From Oikopleura dioica (Eukaryota; Animalia; Chordata), in NCBI GenBank assembly GCA_907165135.1, contig OU015568.1, forward strand, positions 682,001 to 746,000: a DNA stretch of 64,000 nt, given 5' to 3'. The stretch's first letter is position 1, and every line of letters starts with the position of its first letter. A program made the translations under genes and the position numbers. The notes under the pieces were generated by a model. That model was not told the DNA's origin. It saw only the letters and a program-made list of their open reading frames with translations, and ran no database searches. Of the stretch, positions 15,101 through 27,797 are shown piece after piece.

Positions 15101-18100
15101 GGCGAGCAATGTTGGAGAAACAGCTCAGAGGTTTTCTTCACTTTTTTCTTCAAGAGATTTTTCTATTGGAATTTGTGGCTTTTCGGAAAGTCTTCTTCAG
15201 ACGAGCGAGATTTTAACCCACGTTTGGAGCATGTTACGGGGCGAAATAAAGCGGGATGCACCTGTCGGTACTTGTAAATATTTGCTTGAAGGTTTGATGC
15301 GCGTAAGCCGATTGGGTCAGGGATTTTCTTGAGAAATAGAAGGCCTCGTAATTCTCTTTAGAATCTGTTTATCTCACGTCAAAATTAAACGTGGCTAAAA
15401 TTTAAAGCCTTGTCCAAATTTTTAAAGTCCAGTTTTTCGCTTTTTTCCAGCTTTTTTCGATTGAATCACCAAAAGTTACAAGTCTGTCAGCTTTTTGGCA
15501 CGATCAAAAATCGTTTATAAAATGCCAAACTCCCTCTCCCACCAGGAGTACTTAGCTTTAACCTGCGCTCGCAAGGTGTCTAAAGACAGGTTGCGCGGCG
15601 CGGTTAATGGCATCCTGAAGAGTTATCGCGGAATTGGCTTTGAGTTTGGGGTCGTTTAGATAACTTTTCCTTCTAATGGCTTAAGAAAAAAAGAGGGTCA
15701 GATACAGACACGTTTTTCAGAAAGATAGCTTCAGGTCTTTTTACTAAAAAGGATTTCTTAGAAAAGTGAATAAAAGAGTGAGAGCCTTAAATTTTTTCAA
15801 AAAATTTCAAGAAAAATTTCAATAGAGTAAAAAAATAAGGGTGTCATCAGACTAGTTCTCGGAAATAAAGAATAAGTAAATAGTAGGGTTAATGATGCTT
15901 ACCCCCTTAAATAAAAGAGCATCATTTTTCGGTCTGTTTTACAGAAAAGGATTTCTCAGCAAATAAAAGAGTGAGAGCCTTAAATTTTGTAAAGAAAGAT
16001 TAAGCAGTATTTCGAAGGTGCAAAATTAAGGGTTTCATCAGACTAATTGAGGGAAATTAATATTAAAAAATGATTGAAGTAAATGGAGGTTACCCCTTTA
16101 AAAATACAGCTTTATTTTTCGTGAACCAAGACCTCCAAAAGTGAAAACTTGGCAGAAAATTTAATGAACGCGCCCTCCCCTAAAAGGGATCACTTCCTTG
16201 AGCCCCGGATAAGCCAGCCCTCGTCAAAGGGATCAAAAGTGGGTGGACGATCAAAAATTACCCGCTCCTCGCTCGGAAAAGAGAATTCAGAACCCGCCCC
16301 CGTGGAACCTGATCTTCTTTCGCAATCAAGCTCGTTTTCTCTGTTAATCAGTTGATCAACCCTTTTTCGCAGGGCCTTCGCCCAGCTGCGATCACGCAAG
16401 TTGCCACACAAAGCTTTTTTCGCGCCAAATCGACCGCTGCCCGGATCAAATCACGGCTTGGGAAACGATCAACTTTCAAAATATTCAAGTCGATGTTGAA
16501 GAAGTCGAAGCACCTGGTAAGTTCATTTTGAAAGGAGACAGAACCTTTTTCATTTCAAAGCCGTTTTAATCTTCAATCTTCAATCTTGCTAATTCGACGA
16601 CCACAGCGAGAGTACTCTGACCAAGTGCTATGACGCTCACTGAGATAATTCTAGATGCAAAAGAGACTCACCTGGCAGTACTTGTAAAAAAATAAACCGA
16701 AAGTCCCAAAGAAAAAAATCATGATTACAAGAGTTTTTCTGAAAAAAATTCCTGAAAATAAAATTTCTTAGCGATTTTAAGAATCATTAACAAAAAGCCG
16801 CGGAGCGGCTTTTTCTATTTGAAAAAAAAGCCGCGATTTTATGAATGAATTATAATGATGACTTCCGAAAGCGCTTTGCGGCTTTTATTTTTAAATAGCC
16901 GCATGGCGGCTTTTCATAAGAGCTTTTTCAGAGCCTGACTCAGGTTATCTACGCAGGTTTCCAAGTCCAGAACTCAGTGTTTCTTGAGATGATATCCTCT
17001 TCTTTTCTTACAGAAGAGAAAACAGTATCTAAGCTTTTCACTTTGAAGCGTTAAAAGTGAAAGAAAATCAAATCACCGACCGGTAATCCGCTCGTCAGAT
17101 CGTGGTCTCTGGTTCAGATCCGGGCGCGAGAGATGCGATTAGCCAGTTACTTTTTTACAGTTTCGATTTCTTCCTACTCTTTCAAACAATTAAACCTCCT
17201 TTTTAGATTGCTGGTGCGGTCCGTTTGGAAGCTATTCTGCCGACCGAATGGAATGCGCCTGCGCGGAGGGCTTCTACCTGGACCGGAATTACTGCCACCC
17301 CGAAGAAGTGTTAAACGTGCAGTCGAGTTATGCCCCCGAAATTAATGGATTTTATAAATTTAAAAATTCGTTCGAAAATGGACGCCCCCTTTATCGCCAC
17401 GTTGGAAGCGATAAGGTTATCAGATATAACCAGAAATGGATTGTCTCCAGCGGCGCCAAAAATATTATTGAGTACTACGGAAAGGACAAAAGGTAAAACA
17501 TAAAGTTGAAAAATAGAAAAAACCAAGCCGCTTGCGGCTTCTCAAGAAAGATAAAAATTGCGGCTTTTTTTCGTAACAAATTTTTTTCTTGAATTCGAAG
17601 CCGCAAGCGGCTTTGAGAAAAATAGTGCGGTTTCTTAAAAAAAAATTAAGCCGCGCGCGGCTTTTTTCGAATTAAATTTCAATGAAGAGAAAATTGAAAG
17701 AAATTTTAGCCGCTTGCGGCTTTTGTAGAAATTCGATGCGGTATTTTAATCATAAATATGGAAATTAAAAGCCGCGCGCGGCTTTTGCAATAGAGTTTAT
17801 TTTTATTTGTTTTCTAATAATTTTTTTTCATATTATTATTTCTAGCCCCGTCACCGAAGAACGCGTCCTCCAAGTCGCCGTCCACAAAGAAATCGACTAC
17901 TGCTCAAGCGGCTTGGCCCCGTGCGCCGGCTCATCGGACTACTTTTGCCTGAACAAGCTTGGCGGCTTCACGTGCGCGCCCAAGTTCCTCAGGAACGGCT
18001 AAAACAACTCGCGCCTTTTCGAAGTGAAAAGTTGTTTCTTTTTGTTGAAAAATATTTAATCTCCACGTTGACTGCTGAATCGGCGGTCGGATCCAGCGCG

Positions 18101-21100
18101 TCTTCATTCAATTTCCGAAGTTCGGCATATTATTTATTAGAGATTAAGCTAAAGGCTATTAGATAGGGGGTAAATAAAGATGTTTTAGAGGGACAGCGTT
18201 TCAGGACCATAACTCTGATAGGTTAGGGTTAGGGTTAGGGAAGGTTGAAGAAATTCTAGTTTTAAAAAAACTAGAAAATTATTTCCCTAATGATTCTTCA
18301 TTTATTTTGACAAAAGTGTTTCGCACTACACCTTAAGAATTTTCGCGGAGCATTTCCGCGCACTTACTGACATATGAAAATTCGCCCGTGAATTGCTCAT
18401 AAGCAGCCAAGCAAGAAAACAGCCAAAAGGAGAGATTCCCATGAGCTCACCTGAAAGGTGCCTCATTACCTAAAGTTCTCACGTTTTTTCTTGCCTCTTT
18501 CTGCGGTGGAAGACCCTTCAGATCATGAAACTTGATCAGTTAATTTTTCAAAAAGACCTTTTTTCTCAAGAATTTTACTGAATCATGTTTGACTGTTCAA
18601 ATTATTGACTTTTTCTTTGAAGAAATCATCGCGAGGATAATTTAAAGCCACAAAAAAAGCTTTGAAGATGGTGCTAGCTCTCCATTGAGCCGCTACCGCA
18701 TCCGGAACATGCAGTTGGTGGAGGGAGTGAGCTACGCTGGACAGAACGAGTACCCGGTGTACGGCGATTTGGGAAATAAATTTGGATCGGAGCGACTCTT
18801 CGTTGTCAAACACAACATCAAGGTAACTTCTAATCCAGCTTTTGGGAAAGCCGGACTTGGACACGTCCGGTCCAGATTTGGCAGCGAAGATGTTACAACT
18901 GATTTAGAAATCAATTTAGAGGAAATCTGTAGTGAGATAGTACTGTTTACCGATACATAAACAGATCTGAAACTGGGCTCAGTAACCCTTGTAGAAAATC
19001 TGAATCTGGGTCTTACCCTTACCCTGACTCAGGTTTCTATTCAGGTTTCCCACCCTTAAAATCGGGCTGGTGTCCAGAACCGACAAAAAATTTCGACAAA
19101 TTTTGCGTGGGCGGCTTCTCCACTGCTGATTTGCCGGTTTCTGGATCCAGGCTTCTGATTGGTTAAAAATTTCCACGCAAAATTCGTCGAAATTTTTTGT
19201 CGGTTCCAGACAGCTTACCTTAAAATCGTCATAAAAAATGACTTCTTAAAACTTTAACTCATGCTTACGAACGTCAGAAAAAAGTGACGTTTTTCGCGCT
19301 CCTCTAGAATTTATGTTACCCTCGGCGAATCAAAGCGCCAACGGCGTAAAAACGTCTCTAACGTCTTTCGTGTTATGCGCTTTGCTCGGATTTTCATCAG
19401 TCCGCGCGAAATCCGAACATATTTCAAAATAAACTTGAGCAGTATTAAATTAAGTAGTTTTTTGATCTTTCACAGCTCACTTTTTTATTTTTTCAAAGCG
19501 GCTTTTTTGGTAAATTTTGAAAAGTTCAGTGTTGTTACACCGCTCAAGCGTTGTTGATCGCATTTGTGATTGGAGAGAATTCGGTTCTCTAAAAAGAGTA
19601 ATCTAATGAACTTTTTCTAAAAAACAGGCTCCACTAGAATCTTCTCTTTTCAGGACCAATGGAAGCTCATCGACGAAAACATGTTTTCTTCTGACGACGC
19701 TCTGGCCATTTTCTCCGTCCAGGGTTCAGATTCTTCTTCCGTTCCAGTCGGAGAGACCCGGCTCATTTGGCCCTCTGGAAAACCCTTCCGCCTCGAAATT
19801 CCAACGATCAGGTATTGCCCTCATTATTTCAAAACCTTCAGCGCGAGCGGATTCGAATCTCCATGTCCACGAGAGACGCCGATTTGTAAGTTTTCGGGTA
19901 ATGGAGGATATAACTGCTGCGATCGGGTCAAGAACTGCCCGACTAGGGCTTGTGATGCGGCGAAGGGAGAGATTTTGAAATCTGGACGGTAAGGAACTAT
20001 ATTCTTGACCGATTTTTGATTGGATTTAGATGTGTTTGCATGGATAAATTTGTCTCAACAGCAGATGGTTGTAAGTATGAATCATCAAGAAGAAGTGAAA
20101 TTCGACGGGTGACAACAACGACGACTACCACTGCTCCAACTCGAAATTATCGGTATTTTACCTTCATGCTTATTTTTTTCGACACGCTAGAATCATTCAC
20201 GAAATTCATATTTGTTCAAATCTTTTTCAGATTTGGACCAATGATGCGCGCTGGAGGATTTTACGAAACAACCATGGAGACTGTTACTGCCCCTGTTGTC
20301 AGACTCAAGGCTGCAACCCCTCGACCGACAATCTCATCTGGCTGGGCTGCCAATCCCTTTGATTTCTGCTTTGGCGCAGGTTGCAAGAAACAGAAAACGG
20401 AAGAAATCCCTAATGTCCGAGTACGAGGAAAATCTCCACCGACCAAAGCTCCAAGGACTTCGAGAAAGAGCACAACCCGAAAGCCGTCGTTCGAAAATCA
20501 TCGTGAATCTATCAGAAGAGTTCTTCCTGGCTGGAACCCCGCGGCTGTTGAAGTTCAAATGGAACGACAGGCGATTGTAAAGAGCATGAACTCTGATGGA
20601 CCGGCTACTATTCGACAATCCACTGATCCGGAGAAGCAGAAGCTTCTTCCAGAGAACACCGACGACTTCGTCATTCTTCCACCAGCATCGACCGTCGAAG
20701 AGACAACGACAACAACATCAACAACAACAACGACGACAACAACCACAACGACAACATCGACAACAACAACAGAGGAAGAAACAATAACAGATTTCTCAAC
20801 AACAACGGACTTCACAACAACAACAGAGGGAACATCCACAACAACAGGAACGACCACCACAACTGCTACATCCTCAACTCTAGAACTCGAGCAAACAACG
20901 ACGTATGGTTCCACTACCTCGATTGGAACGACTACGACAACGATGGAATCAACAACCACGTTGGCATCAACAACCGAAGCAGTGGAAATCACAACAACAG
21001 TCAGCACGACAACTGCTTACACAACAACCACGATGACCACAACTGATTTCACCACTCTCGACACCACCACCAAGTATGCCACTGTCGAGCCAGTCAAGGA

Positions 21101-21695
21101 CATCACAACAACCGTGCTTACAACGACAACTACTCTCGCCACAACGACTTCCGCTCAGATCGCGGCGTATTCTCAATGGACAGAATGGTCCGAATGCACG
21201 GGCAAATGCCCAAGCGGTGTGCAAACGCGAGCGCGACTCTGCGAAGGAGCACTTTGCAAGTTGCCAATTGAATCGGAACGGCGATCGTGTGACATTCTCG
21301 TTTGCGCCCATCAGGATGCTCTGATGAAGGATGCATTGAGCGAGCAGGATTACGAGTACGCAATGAATGCGATCAAGGAAGAGAACCTCAAGCTGCTCCA
21401 GATTATTTTGTACAATCACAACTTCGAACTCATGGTCGTCGATTTCATGGCGCCCGGTGAAAAGACCATTCCTCGATTGCTCGATAATTTCTTCAAAATC
21501 GAGTCGATCAGAACCACAAGAAAGATGTTGGAAGCTGAGTTAATGGAGCCCCGACAAGTGCGCCTCAAATCCGCTAGCTTCGAGCCAGAAATCGTCGTCG
21601 AAGAAAACCAAGCTGAGAGAATCAGAAAAATCGAAGCCGACTACATCATCGGCAAATTGCTGAAGAGCCATTTAGCAAGCAAAGTCAAAAAGTAA
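176..21695 (+). CDS. Large multi-exon secreted modular protein (signal peptide, discoidin/galactose-binding-like and C-type-lectin-like regions, EGF/EGF-Ca modules, Thr-rich mucin tract, TSP1 repeat); some internal exons unresolved
   Basis: Exon 176-248 (MKKISVLLALLGPINA, signal-like) splices in phase 1 to 3935. Exons ~8104-8251, 10056-10248 and 13401-13541 join in compatible phases. EGF-Ca motif CEDFDECALQ/ADNCPSSKSCFNTPGSYYC; more EGF exons near 17210-17300, 17846-18000 and 20030. TSP1 WTEWSECTGKCPSGVQTRARLC at ~21170-21305; stop at 21695. A single gene across 5430-8100 is inferred, not shown. Confidence 0.65.
900..1288. mobile_element. Non-autonomous DNA transposon (MITE), TTAA TSD, GG termini (Kolobok-like)
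   Basis: Imperfect ~75-bp TIRs GGGGGGTAGAGATCAAGAATCG / CGATTCTTGATATCTACCACC, flanked by TTAA at 896-899 and 1289-1292. Its TAAGGGTGTCAC motif recurs across the window. Confidence 0.75.
2814..2839 (+). repeat. Short interstitial (TTAGGG)n telomere-like tract
   Basis: AGGGCTAGGGTTAGGGTTAGGGTTAG. Confidence 0.7.
3742..3900. repeat. 30-bp tandem repeat with invariant CTGATTGG (inverted CCAAT) core, 6 cores
   Basis: CTGATTGG at 3742, 3772, 3802, 3832, 3862 and 3892. Confidence 0.9.
9429..9808. mobile_element. MITE, TTAA TSD, 21-bp perfect TIR (Kolobok-like)
   Basis: GGGGGTGGTGGTCGAGAATTA ... TAATTCTCGACCACCACCCCC, with TTAA at 9425-9428 and 9809-9812. Confidence 0.85.
10572..10815. mobile_element. 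Foldback MITE-like element, almost entirely an imperfect inverted repeat
   Basis: TTAATCGAAGGAAGTAC...AAAATATGGAGT...TTTTATAGATCA is mirrored by TGATCTATAAAA...ACTCCATATTTT...GTACATCCTTCGATTAA; the centre holds GATTGG/ATTGG motifs. Confidence 0.75.
11470..11690. mobile_element. Degenerate member of the AAAACCTGAGTCAGG-TIR MITE family with internal AAGCCGC..GCGGCTT palindromes
   Basis: Same ends and internal motifs as 14548-14891. Confidence 0.65.
14548..14891. mobile_element. MITE with 42-bp perfect inverted repeat (family also at ~16795-16960, 18974-19050, 39993-40108, 44290-44370, 45645-45685)
   Basis: CTGTGTAGAAAACCTGAGTCAGGCTTTGAAAGCCTCAAATAA at 14562 is reverse-complemented ending at 14877. 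Outer GGTTGCCGAGCCCAG is shared with the copy ending at 40108. Confidence 0.85.
15734..16120. repeat. Diverged ~195-bp tandem duplication in an intron
   Basis: AAGGATTTCT...AATAAAAGAGTGAGAGCCTTAAATTTT...TAAGGGTxTCATCAGACTA...TTACCCC occurs twice in the same order. Confidence 0.75.
17524..17786. repeat. Cluster of 16-bp palindromes AAGCCGCnnGCGGCTT
   Basis: At least five copies (e.g. 17525, 17599, 17649, 17708, 17769); also near 33880, 35896-36009, 62949, 63297 and 63675. Confidence 0.85.
18221..18240 (+). repeat. Short interstitial (TTAGGG)n tract
   Basis: GGTTAGGGTTAGGGTTAGGG. Confidence 0.7.
19064..19219. mobile_element. MITE with 8-bp TSD and GG termini (Merlin-like)
   Basis: TSD TTAAAATC at 19056-19063 and 19220-19227; ~45-bp imperfect TIR (GAACCGACAAAAAATTTCGAC / GTCGAAATTTTTTGTCGGTTC). 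Confidence 0.8.
20691..21150 (+). repeat. Coding ACA/ACG-rich low-complexity tract (Thr-rich mucin-like segment)
   Basis: Poly-Thr runs in ORF 20016-21695. Confidence 0.9.
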
Positions 21696-23042
21696 AAACG
21701 CGCGACCTGTAAATGAAGTAAAGAAGAATTCCTCAATTATTATTTCTTGCCTCAATCTAACACTAAAACCGAATGCAATGCCAACCTTCGCGACAACGAA
21801 CTTGTGGCGGATCAATAGAATCAGCTATTATTGCAGTGACTGTAAATAAGAAAAACGCACAAATCCTTGATTAACAAAAACTGTACAAAACTTTACTGTA
21901 AATAAACATAAATTTAACTCATGAAAATATGTTCTTATTATTTGGATTTCAAATACTTTTGACGCTGAAAATCAAAACGGCGTTGAAGTCTCCGACTGCT
22001 ATGATGAAAATGCGAAGTGCAAAGAGTAATTGTAATTTTTTGTGACTTCAGATGCTCCTTAGCGGTCGAAAATCTAGTTCGATTCCGATGAACTTTGTCA
22101 CAAAATGATCAGCATGATCATCTTGCAACTCAGAATTTTTTTCTTTTTAAATTTTAAGTTTAAATAAGGCGATCATAGGGTCGATTTTCTACCATAACAC
22201 GTAAATATACTGTATTTCAAGAGTGGAGAAAGTAATTTTCAAAAATGACATTTCAAAACGCCAAAAAACGGAACCGGCAACTCAGAATAGTCTCATAAAC
22301 TTGTTCTGTGCTATTTTTTTCTTCAGAAAAGCACTCTATTATGAGCTAAGAAAGATGATTTTCGAAGACGATGCAGAGAAAAAATCTGCTCGAGCTAATC
22401 AACCAAGAGTTATGGTAATCTAGACAAAGACGAATAAAAAAAATCCAATTTCAAGTACAGTGATTGTTCATTATAAGAGCGACTACAAGTATCATGAAGT
22501 TTATTTTTCATTTAACAACTGAAAATCTTTTAAAAATTTATGGAAACGAGACTCAAAAGGTGATTTACTTTTAGTGCTTGGATTGTCACTGCAAAGGCGT
22601 TCTGAAGCAAAAGGAAGGAAAGGTTTACTTATTTCCTGAAGAGATTTTAAAAACTCGAAGCATTCACACTCGAAAACGTCATTTGAAAAGAAGAAAGTCA
22701 TGGGTTACGAAGATAACAGCGCAAACAAGTCTTGCTACACATGGTTTTTCAACAAGTCGTCAACAATCAACATACCTGACACTTGGCTCTTTTTTCTGGA
22801 TAACGGTCATGCTCATAGGTAAAGCCTAATTGAGAGGGGTTATTCTTGAACCATTTCAGCAATCTTGTTTACTAGAATTGGGGCTTATTTTAGGCTCTTT
22901 AATTCAGGGCAGGGTTCTAAATGCCTTAGGCATATTTGCCTAAAAGGTAAGCCTAGGCAAGGCTAGGCATACTGCCTAGAATGCCTTGCGAAAAATATTT
23001 TTTGGAAAAAAACATGAAAAAGAAAGTTGGAGCACATAAGAG

Positions 23043-26000
23043 ATGAAACTTTCAACTTTGATTTATTTTGATTTTTAGCAAATTATAAATCCTTGGAAAA
23101 TTTACGTCGTGGAAGTTCAACTTTTTTGACGACAACTTGCCACAGAAACTATAAAGAATGTGTTCAAATCGCCTCAATGGACTACTGCGGGCATTTGATA
23201 AAGCAATGTTTTGAAGCAGGAGTGTTCATCCTCCCTGAGCCCATTTCAAAAATCGAAAGCGAGCGAATCGAAGCCATTGAATTTTCTGAAGAAGAAAATA
23301 TTGTCAACATGCGTCGATGTCAAAAGAAACAGTTTTACGATCAGAAAATCTGCCGCCATATTTGTTCGAAAAGCCTTGTTATGGAAACAACAAGGAGTCA
23401 AGGAAAAGACCCTCCCTGCGAGTCTATCTGTTTTGGACTGACGAGATCTTCCGAATCTGGAGGAGAAATTTGTCCTTTGCAGAAGTACTGCGAAAATGGC
23501 TGCCCTTGTCTTTTTTATCAATGCGAAAAATTGGCCGAAAATCATCAAAAATTGATCCCGGTGTTTGAAATCGGCAAATCAATAACAATAAGACAAGATG
23601 AACAAGACCTGACTAAAAGCAATCAAACGGAGGATAATCAGTCTATTGATTGGATAACAGGGCGTTGGGAAGAGAGAAAAAGAACAATTCAAAAATTTCC
23701 ATTTATTCTTGTTGATTGGACGGGGATATTTGAAGAAGTTGGATTTAATGCTCCTGACTCATTTTTACCTTATGAAAGTTTTGATTCAATCTCTTTGATT
23801 ATAAAATTTTTTTGACGTCAAATAAATTATTTGAAATAATTGAGAAATCATGGGCAAAGTCAACTGGTGCAGCTTTTCTTGATGGACAGCACTATCTTGT
23901 TGATGCGAAAGGAAATCTGATGCGAATTGATGAAAATCGTGATAATCGAAATTTGATTCCGAATCGACATAGAAACATGTAAGGAATCGGGTCATACGCG
24001 GTCAATCTTCGGGGAAAAGAAAAAACCTACTCATAAACTACCCTAAACCTACTCCAAACCCGGGGGCTTCGCCTCCCGGGACCCCCCCCCCCTGATAGAA
24101 AATAACACAGTTCCTTATCCTAAGCCCTAACCCGAAGCTCCCTTGGAACCCCCCGAAACCCCCCCTAACAATAACATTTAGCCCGGTTACGTAACTTATC
24201 CCGAAGATTGACCGCATATGTCGAAGGAATCGACATTTATAGAAAGATATGTAACATATTTTTCTATCATATGTTTTTATTTGACATTTTTCAGCGGATT
24301 CTTTGTTTTTCACTTTGGCTCGTCGATTGGAACCCACCAAATTGAGATTCGACGCAAAGAGGATGATAGAAAATTTTTTTCTGTTGTTGTCATTTGGAAA
24401 GGCCAAAATCATCGTAAAGTTCGAGAGTAAAAAGGAAGTGAGTTAATTTTCTTGACCTCTAAAAGTTCACCTACTGGGAGATCGGATAAATGCTATTATT
24501 ACGCCCCCGATTACAATTTAAATCGATTCGAAGAAGCACAAGGCTTCATTGCGAGTAATCATTTCAATGCCAAACTATCTTCAATCGGCTTCAAAAATGT
24601 CTTTTATCTGATGAGCGTCAGGCTTGGTGAAAAATGGATCAAACTCTCGACAACAGTGGCCTTGAACACGATCAGAAAAAGCGAAGAAATGGACAAAGGA
24701 TGGCGTAAAAATGAGATCGCGTTGCATGCGAAATTGAAAGATTTGGATCCTGTTCATGTTATTCCATTGAAAACGGTTGAAACAATGATATAAAATCGAT
24801 CATATAAGAAAAAGTTTCAAACGGAAAAAAGATAGATGTCGGCCGAATGATGCTAGTTCTTGTCTCGAGAAGTATCGAGCTATCAAACACGCTGTACTCA
24901 GTCTTATTTGAAGCCGAAGGTCAGTATCTAATGCTCGGAAGCGAGTGGATCGGATCCATTGTTAAATACAAAGAGCCTTCGATTTGTTTCTCGAAATTGT
25001 TCGCTTCGTCGGACCTTCAATACACGGATCAAAAGGGGATCAATAATGATGAATGCGAGTACTTTGGAAATGCTATCATAAATAACGACAAGATTTTCAT
25101 ACAAAGCTATGTTTTCGAGAGTGCTTTCGAAATCGAGTTTAATTACGGAATGGTTTAAAAAATAAAGCTTGTCAACTGTAAATTACTTTTGACCTAAAAA
25201 AGACCTCATCGAGCTCGAATTTGTTCAACAAACGGCGAATAAAAAGATGCACGTGACCAGCAACCCTTATTTTTCTTACCATGATGATATTTTTCCTGCT
25301 TTCGCAAAGAATGCTGTTTCTCAGCGACTATTTCCCAGAGCCGAATCGGTTTTCAAAAACATTATCCCGGACAATTTCTTTTCTTCGTTTGAGGAGCAAA
25401 AGCATATCTCCACACAGGAGCTTAAATTAGACCAAAAAGAAATGATGCAACTTGAAATTGACTTTCAGGTAGTAATTTTTTAATTGTAGAATTTAATTTA
25501 CTCTAAAGAAAAATTCGATTGGCCACGGAAATGTAAAAATTTTTGAATGCCGACTTTTCGAAGGACAGAATTTTCTCTCCTTCTGGATTCATAATGACGG
25601 ATCTCTTTGGTTAACGTCGGATTTTCTCGAAAAGAAGAAACTATTGGATTCTAAAAAATCAGAATTGAAAGCGCTCAAGCTTGACTTTGATTCGAAACAC
25701 TTGTCAAGAGCAAGTTTAATGATCCTTGAGGAATTGTTTGAATTATTTATTTTCTCAAGACCAATTTCTTTTCATAGAGTGGTCTCTCTTTGCCCAAGTC
25801 GCCGTTTGCCCAAGATCTCCGTTTGCCCAACTTGTGGAAACGGCGACTTGGGCAAACGGCGATGTGAATTAATTTAGATTGATTGTCAATCAATGATTGA
25901 CCATAAAAATGTATTATAATTGATTAAGCCAGCATTGACGTTGGAAAAGTCGAGATTGACGTCGAAGAACCCGGGACTGACATTGCAGAAATCATGATTG

Positions 26001-27744
26001 AAGTCGGTGAAGCCAGGATTGAGTCAATCCGATCTACGGTGTAGAAACTAGAATTGACGATGAAGAAGCCATGATTGATATAATATAACTAATATTGAAG
26101 ATGACATTAATAATGTTAGTGAAGCCAGGATTGGCATTGAAGAAGCTAGGATTGACGTTTGAGAAGCAAAATAATGTTTTATGATCAATCAATATAAATT
26201 TATTCTCATCGCCGTTTGCCCAAGATCTCCGTTTCCCCAAGTTTGGCAAACGGCGACTTGGGCAAACGGAGATCACTCCTTTTCATATTCAAACCTCTTG
26301 AAGAATCAAAAAGAAAATTCTCATGGCAAAATGGCTTTGACTGGACTGGAAAATGTTAAGAACAAAAAAATCAGAATATTTAAATTCGAGAAAATCGCAA
26401 GAATCAAAAATTTCGTTTACTCAGATCATACGTTTCAAATTAACGTTATTCTACCGAAAAAGAATGACAAAATTGACAATTACGCTCTTTTTAAAAGTGG
26501 ATTGATGAATGATTTAACAATAGAAATAGATGGAGGAAAAGATTTCCCGGCCAATGTGGGCTGGGGGCCATCGTGGGGTCCAAATATGTTTGGACCTAAT
26601 ACGATCAATGCGTACGTTTACAGATCACGATACGCACTCGTCAATGCTAAACTACATATTTTCGGGGGCAATGCTTACCCAAAAAGGGTGATTAATTCCA
26701 TTTCACGACATTGTAAGATAATTGTCTTGTATTTCAGATAAGTCGGCTTGATGGATGCAAGTTATCTCCTCTTGATGTTAAATTGACTGAAATGTATGAT
26801 TTTGGCGACCATTTTGTTTTGTCGATAAAAACCGGCGATCGAGGTTTATTTTGCAGTTAAAGAGTTTATTGAAATAATTTGAAGCAATGATTTGCTGCTC
26901 ATTAAGAAAAGCTAAAACTTGTGAGAAATTTGATGGTTCCTCTTCAAGAAAAATGTCTTTTGAGATGAAGAAAAATCATTGTTCGGGCGAGTTAGGCTAT
27001 TACAATGGGCTACCAACCGCCGTTGGAGGATCTTCCAATGGAGAAACGGAGACATTGACAGATAAAGGGTGGATTTCGTTGGCAAAACATCCAAAGTAAA
27101 GTAACTCAAGCAAGCAGATTGATAAAAAAAATCAAGGAATCTTCACAAACTCGATGTTATCGGGCTTCCCTCGGGAAATCTCCTGACTATCGGAGGTCAA
27201 AGTCTTCTCAATTCGTTTAGGCAGTTGGTTTTCTCCTTAATTGAGCAATGATAAGTTTTATTTAAATTCATTTTCTTTCCATTTAAAAACCAAAATTGTT
27301 TCAAAACAAAGATAACAGATGAAATTTGGCAATTGATGAATAATGACTGGTCTTCAGTCGGAAAATTGAAAAAGGTAGAAATTTGAAAAGACATTTATAA
27401 GAGAAATTATCATCAAGGCAGTCGCGGCGTCATCAACGATTCTAGTTGACAACTCAATTTATATTTTTCCTGGGGTGATGGACGGCAGTAATATTCAAAT
27501 TCAAAAAATAAACCTAGGTGAATGCTGAAAATATATTCGGGAAAATTCGATTTTGGTTCAAATCAGCTTATTTCGAATTCTTTTCTTTCATCAACCCGAA
27601 GAACTAAAATAATAAATTTTGAGCATTCTAGATTCTAACAACAAAATTGAATCGATAGAAGTAATTGCAAGCCAACGAGCAAGAACTGAAAAACCGATTC
27701 TGTTTGCGACTCCTATTAATTTCTGCAAACCAATTTCATCTTAA
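23043..27744 (+). CDS. Multi-exon gene: N-terminal Cys-rich CPxxxYCxxGCPCxxYxC motif and C-terminal kelch-like beta-propeller; possibly degenerate
   Basis: CPLQKYCENGCPCLFYQCE in ORF 23093. Kelch-like exons LVNAKLHIFGG, CEKFDGS, LGYYNGLPTAVGG and GWISLAKHP; ends ILFATPINFCKPISS* at 27744. The putative signal peptide at 23043 is out of frame with ORF 23093. Confidence 0.55.
25777..26278. mobile_element. MITE with 9-bp TSD (Mutator/MULE-like), internally repetitive TIRs and 21-bp internal tandem repeats
   Basis: CTTTTCATA at 25768-25776 and 26279-26287; termini GAGTGGTCTC / GAGATCACTC; repeated GTTTGCCCAAG units; 21-bp AAGCCAGGATTGACGTT units at ~25925-26160. Confidence 0.9.
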
Positions 27745-27797
27745 TTAAACAGGGCTGCAAAATGTGATTCAATTAATGTCGCCTAGTTTTATTATTT

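Noticed and set aside
20555-21007. Val-rich minus-strand ORF
   Set aside because: Antisense shadow of the Thr-rich tract
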